From Cyanidioschyzon merolae (Eukaryota), in the NCBI GenBank assembly GCA_000091205.1, contig AP006502.2: a stretch of 64,000 nucleotides of DNA. One strand, 5' to 3'. The first letter of the stretch is position 1, and each line of letters begins with the position of its first letter. Both the position numbers and the translations under genes were made by a program. Positions 1 to 11,513 of this stretch are shown in pieces. Under the pieces are notes generated by a model. It did not search any database. It was not told where the DNA came from and worked only from the letters and a program-made list of their open reading frames with translations.

Positions 1-94
1 CAAGCGCGCGCTTTTCCTTTCGATAGAGGATTGGTGGAGCGCGACCTCGCCTATGATGAAACAAGTGCAAGGGTAGGGAATCCATGCTGGAGTA

Positions 95-600
95 CGAATC
101 GACATATAGCTATCCCTGTGCGCTCATTTCATGCGAAGCGATGTCGCACTCCTCATTGGAAGCGATTGCTGCAATAACGAAACTCCAAGCGCAAGACCCT
201 TTTCCATGCAAACAGAAGAGACGCGATCCTCTGGAAGCGTATCCCATGAGAGGCACCGTGCCGCTGGCGAATCTCGTTTTTTGGATGAGGACAACGAGAG
301 AGGGACTTGTTTTTCGAATAGAGTCGATGATTTTTACACGACCAGTCTAGTAAGACTCTGGACATGAACTTGTGCATGGTCGCCAAGCAACGCCACGGAG
401 TTCTCTTCGTCGTCAGTCCGGCGGGATGAGTTGCTGAACCCACGAGTTGCCTTGCAACGGGAAAATGAAATGCTTGAAACATGCTTGTTTCGAACAATCT
501 ACATGTAAGCGCATGGGAGGCATGGAGGTTTGTACACGTGGATTGTATAACGTATCGGTTACTCTAACGAATCCTGTTCGAGGGGCCGTCACAAATCATC
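95..600 (+). repeat. Dispersed repeat family 1, copy A. About 500 bp and non-coding. The core translates spuriously as ..EAIAAITKLQAQDPFPCKQKRRDPLEAYPMRG..
   Basis: Nucleotide similarity to copies at 16.9 kb, 42.6 kb, 52.9 kb, 58.0 kb and 62.9 kb. Shared blocks include ccatgcaaacagaagagacg, ..atttgacgtg(g/a)caag..cagt, cttgccttgaaacag..gaagcatg and ctaacgaatcc. The spurious peptide is conserved across copies (KQKRR..EAYP..RG). Confidence 0.55.
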
Positions 601-1044
601 TTCACGACTGTGACATAGCGAATTCCAGTGACAAGTAGCGGATACAACCACTGCGAAAAACACGACTAAGCATTCTAGAATTGGGTCAGAGTCTGTAAGC
701 TCCTCTCGCTACGCTTCGGGTGCCGAGACCGTACTTCTGAAAAACTGCGGAAGAAATCAGACGACAGGAACATAGCACCCAGTCCAGTGTTCCAGATGCA
801 TCTGGTACGAGTGTCGTCGCTGCCCAGTCAGAGAGCCAAACGACGAACTCGGAGCCGTATGCGACAAGCAACCTCCGCTCAGGTGCCGAGTGTATCAGCA
901 CTTTCCGTAATCGTGCGTGATTTGCATCGTGGAATCAGTGCGTCTCGCCTTCGATCCCATTCGCTGACCGGCTGCCTGCCTGCCTCGCTGGCTGGCTGAT
1001 TTCTTGCTCAGGTCCCGCTGACCCTGCGACTTGGTTCATTGTGC

Positions 1045-4017
1045 TCAGCTGCGTCGACGGGAGCCCGTATCTGTCGCCACACCAGCGAAATCGTTGCCCT
1101 GAAGCCGATACGTTCGATAGGAACGTTGGAGTAAGAATCCTTGCAGATTCAGCATATCGATAAACTGCGAGAAATCGGTTCCATGTTCAATATGATGTTG
1201 CTGAGCGATTTGCCGCAGTTCATCGAGGTGAAAAAGAGCATTCTGGCGACGGTTCGCCTCCTGGTGCAGCACCAAAAGGAACCGCCGAACATCGTTCGCA
1301 CGACTGGTGCCGCCTACGCGCGAAAAGTCAAGCACCCCGCGTTCATCCGAGTACACGTCCAGCATGGAGCACTGCATGATTTCAATGACATCGCGAGCAT
1401 CCTGAGCGCTAACAACGGAGCGAAGTTCAGCGCGCGCTCTTGCTTGTGCAAGTCGTTTCAGCGACTCAAGCTGACGAGTGGTGACCGGTGGCAGCGCCTC
1501 ATGACCGTGAACACCAGCAAGCGCATGCGCATTCCGGCGCATGAGTAGATAAAAATCGCGCAGGATTTGTTTCGCCTCTACACTCAGCACAGGGTGAATA
1601 AAGCGGCGCGCAAAGGCCACGTATGTTCGGAGATCCCGCGTAGATGCGGGCTTTTGTGCCCATTTCCTCGACTGCTGGAGGCGCTGCCAGAGGCTAACGC
1701 CCACGCTGCATTCTCCCGCCTTGTTGTTGGTAGCGGGCGGACTCGAGCCGTCGCTCGACTCTGTCGAGAGCGACCAGCGCATGGGTGCCGCGCGCTGGCG
1801 CCGCCCGCCAAACGTGGCCATGACATGCTCCGAGATGCGCTGGTCGCGGCAGCGGTCAGGCTGATCCTGAATCACAAAGACGAGGTCAAATCGTGAGAGG
1901 AGCGCGGGACACATTTTCAAGTTCTCGCAGACGGTGCGACGCTTGTCGTAGTGCCCTCCGATAGGATTTGCAGCCGCCAAAATGGAAGCCCGGGCAGCGA
2001 GTGTGCCGACAATGCCCGCCTTGGCGACACTGATGCTCTGCTGTTCCATGGCCTCCAAGAGTACCTGATAGTCCGCAGACATCTTATCGAATTCATCGAT
2101 GCAGCAAATGCCCCGGTCGGCGAGGACGAGCGCACCCGCCTCAAGCACGTACTCGCCGCTGCCGGACTCGCGACTTACGGTAACTGTCAAGCCCGAGTTG
2201 GTCGTGGTGTTGCCACAGACATAAACGGAGCGCGGGAGCAGTGCAGCAGCCGCTCGCAGCATCTGCGATTTCCCGACACCGGGATCTCCAACGACGAGTA
2301 CATGGATGTCGCTACGCGCTACGGAATGCTCCAGCGACTGCTGGTGTTCGCTCGCATCGCTCGCGTGCAATGCAGAGAGAATGTCGCTGTCCAGCATAGA
2401 GATGCCTGCTGGCCCGACATTATCTATGGCGGGGACCGGACGGGTTCCGCCACGGTTGCTGCCGCCCAGAATACCCAGCAAAAGCGCCGCCTTAATGATA
2501 TCATGACCGCATATGAGCGGACATAGCGATTGCACGAGGAACTCGAAGACATGTCCGCGATGCTCCAAAATTCCCCGGATGCACCGGAGATCCTCATCCG
2601 TAAACGAATCTGCATGCGGCCTGGAGCCACCGATGCCGGCTGGCCGAACCATGGTACCCTTGGATCGAAGCGACTGCGAGGTCTGGCCTCCGTCTTGCTC
2701 AGTGGCTGGATCTGGGGCGGCTGCCTCGAAGGTTGTCGCATCAGCAGCAAGCTCCCTCTGTTCGCCTTCCTTGGCGTCGTTGGTGGGAGTCAGCGAAATT
2801 ACCTCGAGGTAGACTTGGTAGAGCGCGTGGTCGCGGCCCCGTCGCGCGCGTGACGCATCCGCATCAAGACTCAGAAACCTGACAATGCCAACAACATCGA
2901 CGATATCACCGGGCACTACAGTGTCCAACATGTCTGCATACGTGAGCTCGCACTCCACGGTCCGCGGTATACCGCCGACATCGGCAACATTGCCCACAGA
3001 CGACAGCTCCTGCAGACGAATCCGTTGCCAGTCTAAAGTTACAGCCGAGCACCGATCCGGAAGAAAAACACGCGATTTGCATTCGGCAGACGCCATACAA
3101 TGCGGTGGTGGATTATACTGAAAGTTCGGGCATGTGACACGTTGGCTTTTGCCACATGTCGCGCAGGCAACGCTGATTGAGGACAACTGAGGACGGATGC
3201 TGCTCATTCGAATCACGGTGCCTCGAATACCAACGAGGCGGCCAACCGCATGTGCGCGCAGTTCGCTAAAATCGGTTTGGTCGCGTAGCCCCTGAAGGCG
3301 AACGACGGCGCGCGGTAAGCGAACAGCAGCCAGGTGCTCACCAATAAGGTCCAGGTATTGCTGAGGGCAAGAACCGAGAGCATGGAGATGATCGGCGCGA
3401 ACCCATGCGTGGATCTTCACTACCTGCACGATGGCCAGACCGAGGCAGTTCAGGGACTCCTCGGGGTTCTCTATAACGGCGTCAGCAAAGGTGCTCATGG
3501 TAGGCGAGCGCACAAGCAGCGTGTGCTCGACCGGCACGCTGATCTCATCAATGGTATCCATGAAGACACGGCAGCGCTGCATGTCGCCATCGGTTTCGGC
3601 GGATAAACGCTGCCAGCGATCAGTCGCGTCCATGGACTTTTCTCGGAGAGATTCGTCTCCACTTTCGAACGGGAACACTGACAGACCCGCTGCAGCACCT
3701 ACGATGCAGCTTCCAGAACCCGTGTCGTTCCCAGCAGGTCCCAGAGCGTTTACCCGAGCTGAAGACAGCGGCGCTGGGCGAACGGATTCGAGTGCTTGAC
3801 CTAGAGACGGTATACCAACCGCGGCAGCTGTCTGTTCGTAGCGGCACCGTGCTTGCGTCGCAACTGACTGCCCCTCTTGCGAAAGCAGAAACAATACAAC
3901 ATTTGCGGTGATTGCAAGACGAAAGTCACGATTCGTAGCGTTGCTATCCGCGTCGGTATCGTCTGCCCAAGCGTAGCACTCATACTCTGGCAGCCCAAGG
4001 GGGAAGCGAAGCTGCAT
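1045..4017 (-). CDS. MCM8: MCM8 DNA helicase (MCM family AAA+)
   Basis: A 990-aa ORF carries the MCM Walker A box VVGDPGVGKSQ, Walker B CIDEFDKM, arginine finger SRFDLVFV, and sensor-2 blocks TTRQLESLKRLAQARA and VIEIMQCSMLDVYSDE. Extended blocks match human MCM8 specifically rather than MCM2-7 (e.g. VYVCGNTTTNSGLTVTVSRESGSGEY, LLEAMEQQSISVAKAGIV, ANPIGGHYDKRRTVCENLKM). A C4 zinc finger lies upstream. Confidence 0.93.
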   Translation of the reverse strand: MQLRFPLGLPEYECYAWADDTDADSNATNRDFRLAITANVVLFLLSQEGQSVATQARCRYEQTAAAVGIPSLGQALESVRPAPLSSARVNALGPAGNDTGSGSCIVGAAAGLSVFPFESGDESLREKSMDATDRWQRLSAETDGDMQRCRVFMDTIDEISVPVEHTLLVRSPTMSTFADAVIENPEESLNCLGLAIVQVVKIHAWVRADHLHALGSCPQQYLDLIGEHLAAVRLPRAVVRLQGLRDQTDFSELRAHAVGRLVGIRGTVIRMSSIRPQLSSISVACATCGKSQRVTCPNFQYNPPPHCMASAECKSRVFLPDRCSAVTLDWQRIRLQELSSVGNVADVGGIPRTVECELTYADMLDTVVPGDIVDVVGIVRFLSLDADASRARRGRDHALYQVYLEVISLTPTNDAKEGEQRELAADATTFEAAAPDPATEQDGGQTSQSLRSKGTMVRPAGIGGSRPHADSFTDEDLRCIRGILEHRGHVFEFLVQSLCPLICGHDIIKAALLLGILGGSNRGGTRPVPAIDNVGPAGISMLDSDILSALHASDASEHQQSLEHSVARSDIHVLVVGDPGVGKSQMLRAAAALLPRSVYVCGNTTTNSGLTVTVSRESGSGEYVLEAGALVLADRGICCIDEFDKMSADYQVLLEAMEQQSISVAKAGIVGTLAARASILAAANPIGGHYDKRRTVCENLKMCPALLSRFDLVFVIQDQPDRCRDQRISEHVMATFGGRRQRAAPMRWSLSTESSDGSSPPATNNKAGECSVGVSLWQRLQQSRKWAQKPASTRDLRTYVAFARRFIHPVLSVEAKQILRDFYLLMRRNAHALAGVHGHEALPPVTTRQLESLKRLAQARARAELRSVVSAQDARDVIEIMQCSMLDVYSDERGVLDFSRVGGTSRANDVRRFLLVLHQEANRRQNALFHLDELRQIAQQHHIEHGTDFSQFIDMLNLQGFLLQRSYRTYRLQGNDFAGVATDTGSRRRS

Positions 4018-6248
4018 CGGAGCCGGTTCGGAGGCTTGGCGGTTGCGCTACTCCGGCAGCGCCAGCGTGATCCGCCCGTGAACTTCCCGAAAAGAAAGTA
4101 TGGATGAGATTTCGAGCTCGCGTGGAACGGTAGCGCTTACAGAAACTTGTTAAAACACGAGCTGCCGTCCAACCAGGGCAAGTGTGACGGAGTCTTGTCG
4201 CGAATCGTGTGCAAATGACAACATAGCAGCTGCACTGCTCAGGGAAGTGTTCGACGTTGTCGCTCTGCGCGCACACGCACACACGCACACACGCACTGCA
4301 GCTCCCGTTGCACGCATACGTGACACGTGTCCGCGGCTGCGCATCTGCACGCATGCATTAGATTTCGCGCCAAAAACAATTGCTGGCATCGCTTCATTCG
4401 GCACAAGCGTACGCAGGGCAGTGTTCCCCAGCTGTGCACTTATTCGCAGCGCGCGGTGAAGCATTCATCATTCCGCGCCCTACTTCCAAGTTCCATAACC
4501 CACAACTCTTCTCGGATATACCAGTCGTTTCGTATGTTCTTTCGTTCGCCGAGCGCCTGTCCTGATCATCCGCAAGAGCGCGTCTAGCGCCGATGCGGAA
4601 GCAACACGGAGACAGAGCGGCGTTGCCATACCACAGAGGGCGGCGACTCGAGCATTCCCTGACTCACCCGACGCAGGATCCGGTCTCGTCGTCGATTCAT
4701 GCTTAGCCAGTCTCCGCATGCAGACTAACCGTCGCTGCATGACACGCTGGAGAGACTTCGATGTTCGGAGGAATCCCGGGAGACGCCTCTCGCCTTCGCG
4801 ATCGTTTATGGAATGCATTGTCGGTTCGCGACGCGGGCTTTTGCTTGGCATCCCTCAGTGCTTGGGGGTACAAAGTGCTGGGCTCGTGTGTGCATCCGGT
4901 TCAATGGACCTTCCGCCTAGAGAGCAGACAATTGCTGGTATGCAGTGCGCATAGCGCTGACCAGGCGAGCATCCGCTGGATACAAAGCGCCAGCGGGATA
5001 CACTTTTTCGGGTTTCAACATCGTTTACCTATAAAAGAGATCCTCGAGTGCGCCACTCATACTGTCTTTCAGGAGAGCGTGCATCATCGGTAGATCCATG
5101 ACAAGGGCTGCCTGTACGCGTTGCGCCCTGTCGAAGTTAAGGATGACGTTTGGGGCAGAGGCGCTCGGAATGCCGCTGCACTTGCGAAGACGCTACCCGC
5201 GTGCTTGGATACGTGTCGCGAAACCGTGTGTGTTAGGGGACAACTTGAACGAGGCAGCGGATACACCACTGCAACGATTGCAGAGAACATGTCCAGCAGT
5301 TTGTCCAGCTGGGCAGATGCTCGTTGGCGAATCGCTGCTACGTCCGGATGTGCCTGCCATGGTTCCCGTGCACCTCTCATCCTGGAGGATGCGCGCACGA
5401 TAATTTGGCCACCCGATCCGAGACAACGATCGAGGTTCATGGAAGCCGCAGATCCCATGTTCATTCCGGCAACATGGATGATCTAAGACACAATCCGCAA
5501 GTAATGCATGTGCTCCTTGAACGAAACGCGAACATTAGCATCTCGAGAGCAGTTTCGCGCGCTCTGAAGCGACCAACGAGCGACTTGTCAAGCCCGTGCG
5601 TATCGTACGCGTGCCCCCTGGCATGTCTAAATTTCAGTCGTTGCATCATTCGTCGAAACATTTCGAGTCGAGCGCACGGCAGCGCCATCTCATTCCGGAC
5701 ACCTGATGTTGAGTGATGTCTTCACGAGCGCTACGACGTTGCCAGAATTTCGGGAGGTTTCCGTCCTGTGTAGAGCCACCAGCAATTTGCAAAAGCAGCA
5801 ATTTGAGTCTCTACACAGTTCCGATTAGACGCTTTCGTGATTCGCGTCTAGCGCCCGTGCGAATTATTGAGAGACGCATGCGACGGAAAAGAATGTCTCT
5901 CACGCACTACCGCAAAGCTTCGTTCGAAGTATACGCGCGTGCCGTACAAGCCGCTTCACCCCGGTAGATGTCGAGAGCCGCGTTGATGCCTAGCAAAGCT
6001 TCCAATGCCAAGTTGCTGTGGCTTGTGGCAAATATCCGCCGCCCCCTCGTCTCAAATTCGACCGCTGTAATTTGCAAACGAATGGACCCGTGTAGCGCCC
6101 ATCCAAATAGACCTCGAGTAAAGGCGGCACGTGTCGCTCGCACTCACTACGATCAACGACGAATCGGTGCTGCAGCGGAGACCAGGACAAGCAACTTGGT
6201 CTTGATTCGGCGGCAGTACTCACCGTTCACCTCCGCCGTACGCAGCGT

Positions 6249-8348
6249 CTAACGGTCAGCAAGGCCTAGCCTGTCTGCTTTGGAAAGAAAGCACCACGGA
6301 CGCACCGAAGGTGGCTTTTCTAGGGCGTCACCGGGGTATGCGTCCTGGTGAACAACCCCATCTTTCGGTGCAGGCCAGGCTTCGAGATGCTGCCAAGCGC
6401 TGCCCAGCCGGGAGGCAAGCGCTGCTGGCATCTCGCTCAGGCGGCCGTCACGAGCCTGGAAAAGGCGCGCAGACAGCGCGCCTCGCGGCATCAGGGTTCG
6501 TTTGTCGGTCTCAGCGTGTAATGTAGCCGCTGCTGCCCCGGTCTGGGATAGAAACGCCTCCCAGTGAAGCATCGCGAATGGCGAAAGCGGCCCTTTGAAT
6601 TCGAGCGTGACCGAGTAAGACGGAGTGCAGTCTCGCGGTCCAGTCGAGGAACACGGATGTGATACTTCATCGCCGGCCAGTAACACGTCATCATCGCCGA
6701 TGAATGTATAGTCGGTCAGTACGAGACTTGCACCCATGAACGGAACGTCACTCGAGGCCAGCAAAAGCGGCACATCCGTATTTGAAAACAACCAAGGCCC
6801 AAAATGCAGAAGGAGCTCAAAGAGACCCTGAACGTTTCCGGCGCCACGAACGACAACTGGACAAGAGCGTGACCTGGCAGCGTCAACTGGCTGCGACATC
6901 CAGTCCTTCTCAAATGTCGCATCCGCGCGCATAAAGTGCGGTGAAACTGCAGGTCGCACACTGCGCTGATCTCCTAGCACATCATACTGTACTGCAAAGA
7001 TAGAGTCGAGTAGGTTGCGAACCCGCTCTGTCGTATGGGACATAAAACCAAACGGCAGCGCGAGATTTCGCTGTTTCTCTTCTTTCATCGACTGGGTGTT
7101 CGCATTGGCGCCCATCGACGAGGGTGCCTTTTTCTGATCGCCGCCGCAGTTGCCCTGACGTGGAGCCGTCTCCAGTCCCGATATCCAGCCAAAGGTCGCC
7201 CAGTAATGATCACCAACCACATGGAAACCCGTGGATCGAGCCAAGGTCTCGGGCGGAGTGCATTGCGCAGCTCTTCGATACACACGGTACAGGGGCAGAA
7301 ACGCTTGGCGCCAACGCGAGATGCGTTGTTGCCACCACTGCAAGGCAGGAAGCTCGCAATTCGTCGATAAATGCATATTCCAGCCTGCCAAGTCCTCCAA
7401 CAACAATGGAAGCGTCTGAGGCTGTGGCGACAAGCCTGCCGAGAGTCTGCGATCCGCAGCAGCACCAGCCTGTGAAGCTCGAGCGCCATCACTTTTATTC
7501 GGCAGTTGCGTACCACGTTGCGGCCGTCGCACGCCTGGATGCCAGAGTTGCTGGAAGTCAAACTCCTCCTCATGCAACGCACGGTGGGCTAGGCTCAGGC
7601 GCCGCACCCAGGACCAGGCGCGCTTCTGTTCTGGGCCAGCCGCCGCAGCGGGAAAGCAGTAACACGACATGGCCCTCACAGCTGGCCCAACAGGGTCGAG
7701 GTTGTACCCTCGCGCTTGTCTGCTTTCAGCGATCGATGCGACGGCGTGCAAACGACGCATAGAGCGTACGCACTCGAGCGCACGCTTTCGGTCAACGAAC
7801 CGCAGGGTCATTCGTATGCAGCGCCGAAGCACCAGATCGCCTGGTATATGGGTACAGGGTGCTGGTCCTCGGTTGGGGAGACCCTCCTCGCGTTCGTCCG
7901 GGGGAAACTCGGGTGGCGTTTCCGGTTGCCTACTCGGTGATGCCTCGAGAAGGCTTGCGTCTATCCGCGCAAGCGACTCCTCAAGAACGCTAGAGTGATT
8001 CGTGTAAACTAAAGAGCTACGTTCTTCCCATCCTGTGGACGTTCCTTGCCAACAATCTTCGACATCCAAGCTGCTCGCTGGTTTTTGTAGTTCGTTCGCT
8101 GACCAGACCGGCTCGTTCGAGTCTCGACCACTGTCTGTGGCGCGTCTAGCTTCCCGTCGGCGCTTGTACTCTAGCGCCGTCAGCGTTTCGATTTCTTCAG
8201 CTTCTAAGTCAGCTTTCATAAGCTCATCATCATTACGAAGAGGTGAAGCCCTCGAATCCGTCAACGTCCCCGAAGAGGCGCTCCTGGAAGGACACTGTCG
8301 TTTTTGGTATCTCGCCTGGAATGAGTGCCGGCGCTGGCCAGTATGCAT
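6249..8348 (-). CDS. Hypothetical protein of 699 aa with no recognised domain
   Basis: This is the only long uninterrupted ORF in a region otherwise full of short ORFs. Its composition is protein-like but low in complexity. It was called on ORF length alone. Confidence 0.35.
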   Translation of the reverse strand: MHTGQRRHSFQARYQKRQCPSRSASSGTLTDSRASPLRNDDELMKADLEAEEIETLTALEYKRRREARRATDSGRDSNEPVWSANELQKPASSLDVEDCWQGTSTGWEERSSLVYTNHSSVLEESLARIDASLLEASPSRQPETPPEFPPDEREEGLPNRGPAPCTHIPGDLVLRRCIRMTLRFVDRKRALECVRSMRRLHAVASIAESRQARGYNLDPVGPAVRAMSCYCFPAAAAGPEQKRAWSWVRRLSLAHRALHEEEFDFQQLWHPGVRRPQRGTQLPNKSDGARASQAGAAADRRLSAGLSPQPQTLPLLLEDLAGWNMHLSTNCELPALQWWQQRISRWRQAFLPLYRVYRRAAQCTPPETLARSTGFHVVGDHYWATFGWISGLETAPRQGNCGGDQKKAPSSMGANANTQSMKEEKQRNLALPFGFMSHTTERVRNLLDSIFAVQYDVLGDQRSVRPAVSPHFMRADATFEKDWMSQPVDAARSRSCPVVVRGAGNVQGLFELLLHFGPWLFSNTDVPLLLASSDVPFMGASLVLTDYTFIGDDDVLLAGDEVSHPCSSTGPRDCTPSYSVTLEFKGPLSPFAMLHWEAFLSQTGAAAATLHAETDKRTLMPRGALSARLFQARDGRLSEMPAALASRLGSAWQHLEAWPAPKDGVVHQDAYPGDALEKPPSVRPWCFLSKADRLGLADR

Positions 8349-11300
8349 CGGGCGTGTAGCGCGGCGGGAAATGCACGATGACTCGAGGGCAACGGAGCTT
8401 TCTCGGGTTGTCTCAGTATTGGAGTTGGTTGCTCAAGACAGGTTCAGAGACGAGAGGATGTATTTTGGACGGGGGCCGCGTTCCCCTCGAGAGGCTGGAA
8501 ATCCAAGACGAAGCGCAACCCTCGGCAGCGAGTGTGCGCGCTCGCAAGCTCTCGCGGCAAGCGGTCGTCCGCAATGCACTACGGATGTCCTCGATCCTCG
8601 CTTTGTACCTTCAAGTCGTTGCCAGTAGCACGAACGCAACTGCTGCGCTCTCCTTGCCACGAGGCTGGATATCGTGGAACATTGTCGGCGACAGAAAGTC
8701 CAATCCAGTGCATCCTTTGATAGAGTGACATCGGACTCGGTAGTCTGCGAGGTGTATTCGTTTTCGATGCCATGCACCCGCTGCAACTCGACATCGATGC
8801 CCACAGTATTTCGCGATGCCCCCTGGTCTACCGCGCTGGCTCAGGTGCTGATCGTCACTGGCGCTCATCGATTGCGATTGCTCAAATCATCGGTCTAGGT
8901 ATGCGCATCCATTGCATGCGACACAGGTTCTTCTAAACTCATTGAACAGCAGCTTGTCGCCACGGCAGCGGCACGTGGCAGAGCGCAATCGAGCAGATGC
9001 ATCGGAATATGGCGCGAACGGTTTGGACGAGGCGCTGCACCCTGCAGATGCAGTTACACCCAGAGCGGAGAATTCAGGATCTCCGGTACCTGCACACCAT
9101 TTTTGGGTTTGTCTATCCAGGTAGCAGGTATTCAACAGAGGGAGTGTATCGTGGATGTTGGAAAAAAGTCGCCGAAAGACTTTGTGAAATCACGGCTGGC
9201 GTGGAAGAAACTTGCATGTGTATGTCAGTGACTCTATGGACGGACAGCAGACGGATGAACCGCCCTTCCTGTCGTCCTTGTCCAGAATGTCGCGAGCCGA
9301 AACGGCACCGCTCAAACTAAACCTAAAAGACTGTCTCGTTAACAATACGTTTCACTCTGTTTGGTTTTTGCGAGATACCACCAAAGAAACCCGCGGGTTC
9401 GAAATATTCCTACTTTTGGTACGAACGGTGAAGTAGAGACACGAATGGACTGAGAAAAAAGCACGCTTCTCTGGGAGACAGTCACGCGTTGAACAACACG
9501 GTATTGATTTCGAACGCGAACGTTCATACCAGGAGGGCACGAGTTCTACGCTCCCGCGATGAGACTCCTTTCGGGAAGAATCGTTGACCTGTGTATGCGT
9601 ACGCATACAGGCGCCATCCGATATTCGTATCGGGGAGACAGACGAGCGGAACGACATTACTCGCCCGGGCGTCGATTCAGGTATGCAGTCGCCTACGAAG
9701 AGCTAAACGGACGGATTCGTTCAACAAATAGCCTTTCGTCGAAGCGCTCGTCACGACTTCTCCTTCATATAAATATAGATGCTTCTGTCCTGGTCGGAGA
9801 CACGGTCGCTCTCCATGACTCCAAAACGGCCAGTGTGCATACGTCTGAGAATGGCGCTGAGCAGCACTTGGTGCGAGCCTATTCTCATTCGTTTCATCGA
9901 GCCGAAGGTGGGTACTCTGTTTTCAAAACACCGTTTCTAGGCGCGCCATTTCACAGACGAGTCGTTCGCATCCATGCCACTGAGGCTCTTCGAAAACTCT
10001 TTCTCTGCATTCATGAAGCCCGACCTGCCGTAGTGCTTCTCCGCGACTGCATGGGAGCAGCCGCCCAGCAGCGCATTGACCCGTGGCCGTGCTCGCGACA
10101 GCTGGGGTACTAAAAATGGGCACGAGCACCAGTGGACACATACATACGTAGCAAAAAGCGAGCTTCAATTCAATTGTCCATCGAGTTCGTTTCAGTTCCA
10201 GGGCAAACAAGCGGATACAGTGTATGGCACGCGCATCTCTGCTACCCCGCCAAGTAAAGCAGAACGAGGAGACTCCACTGAACAAAATAGAAGGATCTTT
10301 TCGAAAAGAGGACGAGGCTGGACGCGAAGGAAGCACTGCCGAGGCCAAAACATCAGTCCGAAACCGTTGCCAACGCCTCCATATCCAAGCACATCAACGA
10401 GAAGCATCTTCCAAAGCGTAGGTAACAGACCGCTATCAGGGATCGCGTCGCTTCGTACTCCATGCAGGCTCGTCTAGCTTCTCTCGCCCTGAAGTGCGTC
10501 GTCAAGCAACTGCTAGCATGCCTCTCGGAGACTGGGCAGCAACCTGTACCCATTGCGCTGGCGCTTTCGATCCGACCTCCGTAGTGCAACTGATGTGCGG
10601 AACAGAAGATGCTGAACGATCTGATATCTCAGGGGCTCGTTTTCATCGCGAGTCGGACATGGTGGACGCCACGAAGTATACCAACAAGTTGAATGATGAT
10701 GGCGTCAGGACTCATCTCCAAGCCCTGACCACCGTTTCGAGCAGGGTGGAATGCGCTGGCCATTTGCTCCCGAGCGCACACGAGCGTCCAAAACATACCG
10801 TGCTGCGGAAGCGTCCATCGACTTTGTGTGGAGCGAACTTTCGAGGTTACTTTCTGGTAATAATTCTGGCTATCGTGCTGAAATACTGCGAGCTCTTTAA
10901 TGAAAGAAACCGGTAACCTGCAGGAAGGGGCATTGGATTCCCACCCAGAGCCAGGCAATGGCGTGCCGTATACGTACACCGGAAAGCATTTTCCGGTGCG
11001 GTCGGTAAGCCATAAACCTGATCCATGACTCGACATTCCCGGAGTATACGACTTTGCAGTCCGGATGCAGACGACCGTCAACTCGATCTCCTGCGAGCGG
11101 CTGGGGGCGTCCGCCGATATCTCCAGGGTGCGCTCCGTCCGACACGCCGAGATATGCCCCAGGTTCAGGGCAGCCTGTGCGGGAACTCGCTCAGGACGTG
11201 TATGCTGTACGCTTCTCGTAACGCTGGTTACGACGCAGTTGCCTGAGCAACAGGTATTGACGTAGTTGACCCTAGGTGTCTTGTCTGGTGCACTCGAGCA

Positions 11301-11513
11301 GGTCTCTGTCGACCTGGGGCAAGCTTGTGCTCGTTGTTCGTCGAGCGCCTTCGGGGCCCTAACGAGCTCTTGACGGGCGACGCTCGGTGTGCTTCATCTG
11401 CCTTTCTGGACGCACGCACTGGAGCAGCGGTCCAGAGGAGTGGATACTAGACGGCGTTTCAAAGCAGAGTTCTTCCATGCTGTCACAGCCCGTTTTTTTG
11501 TGAGGTATTCCTC

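Noticed and set aside
84-350. 88-aa ORF with relatives at 16797-17036, 42684-43046 (-), 52961-53149 (-), 58008-58385 (-) and 62672-62920
   Set aside because: The peptide similarity (..EAIAA..KQKRR.PLEAYP.RG..) reflects nucleotide conservation of dispersed repeat family 1. Frames are interrupted differently in each copy, so they are not a small-protein gene family.
1951-2526. 191-aa ORF on the + strand (one of many ORFs over 100 aa antisense to MCM8, ETF-QO, the SM protein, importin-alpha, the kinesin and USP5)
   Set aside because: The ORF lies entirely inside the MCM8 coding region on the opposite strand. In GC-rich DNA the antisense frames of real genes are frequently open. The translation is low-complexity and shows no family resemblance. 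The same reasoning applies to 14366-14959 +, 24127-24759 -, 28138-28710 -, 37124-37762 +, 39226-39807 + and similar ORFs.
9380-9400. Sequence gggttcgaaat resembling a tRNA B-box
   Set aside because: The flanking sequence does not form an acceptor stem or D-arm, and no A-box lies at the expected spacing. No tRNA gene could be supported by eye anywhere in the window. A tRNAscan-SE run would be needed.
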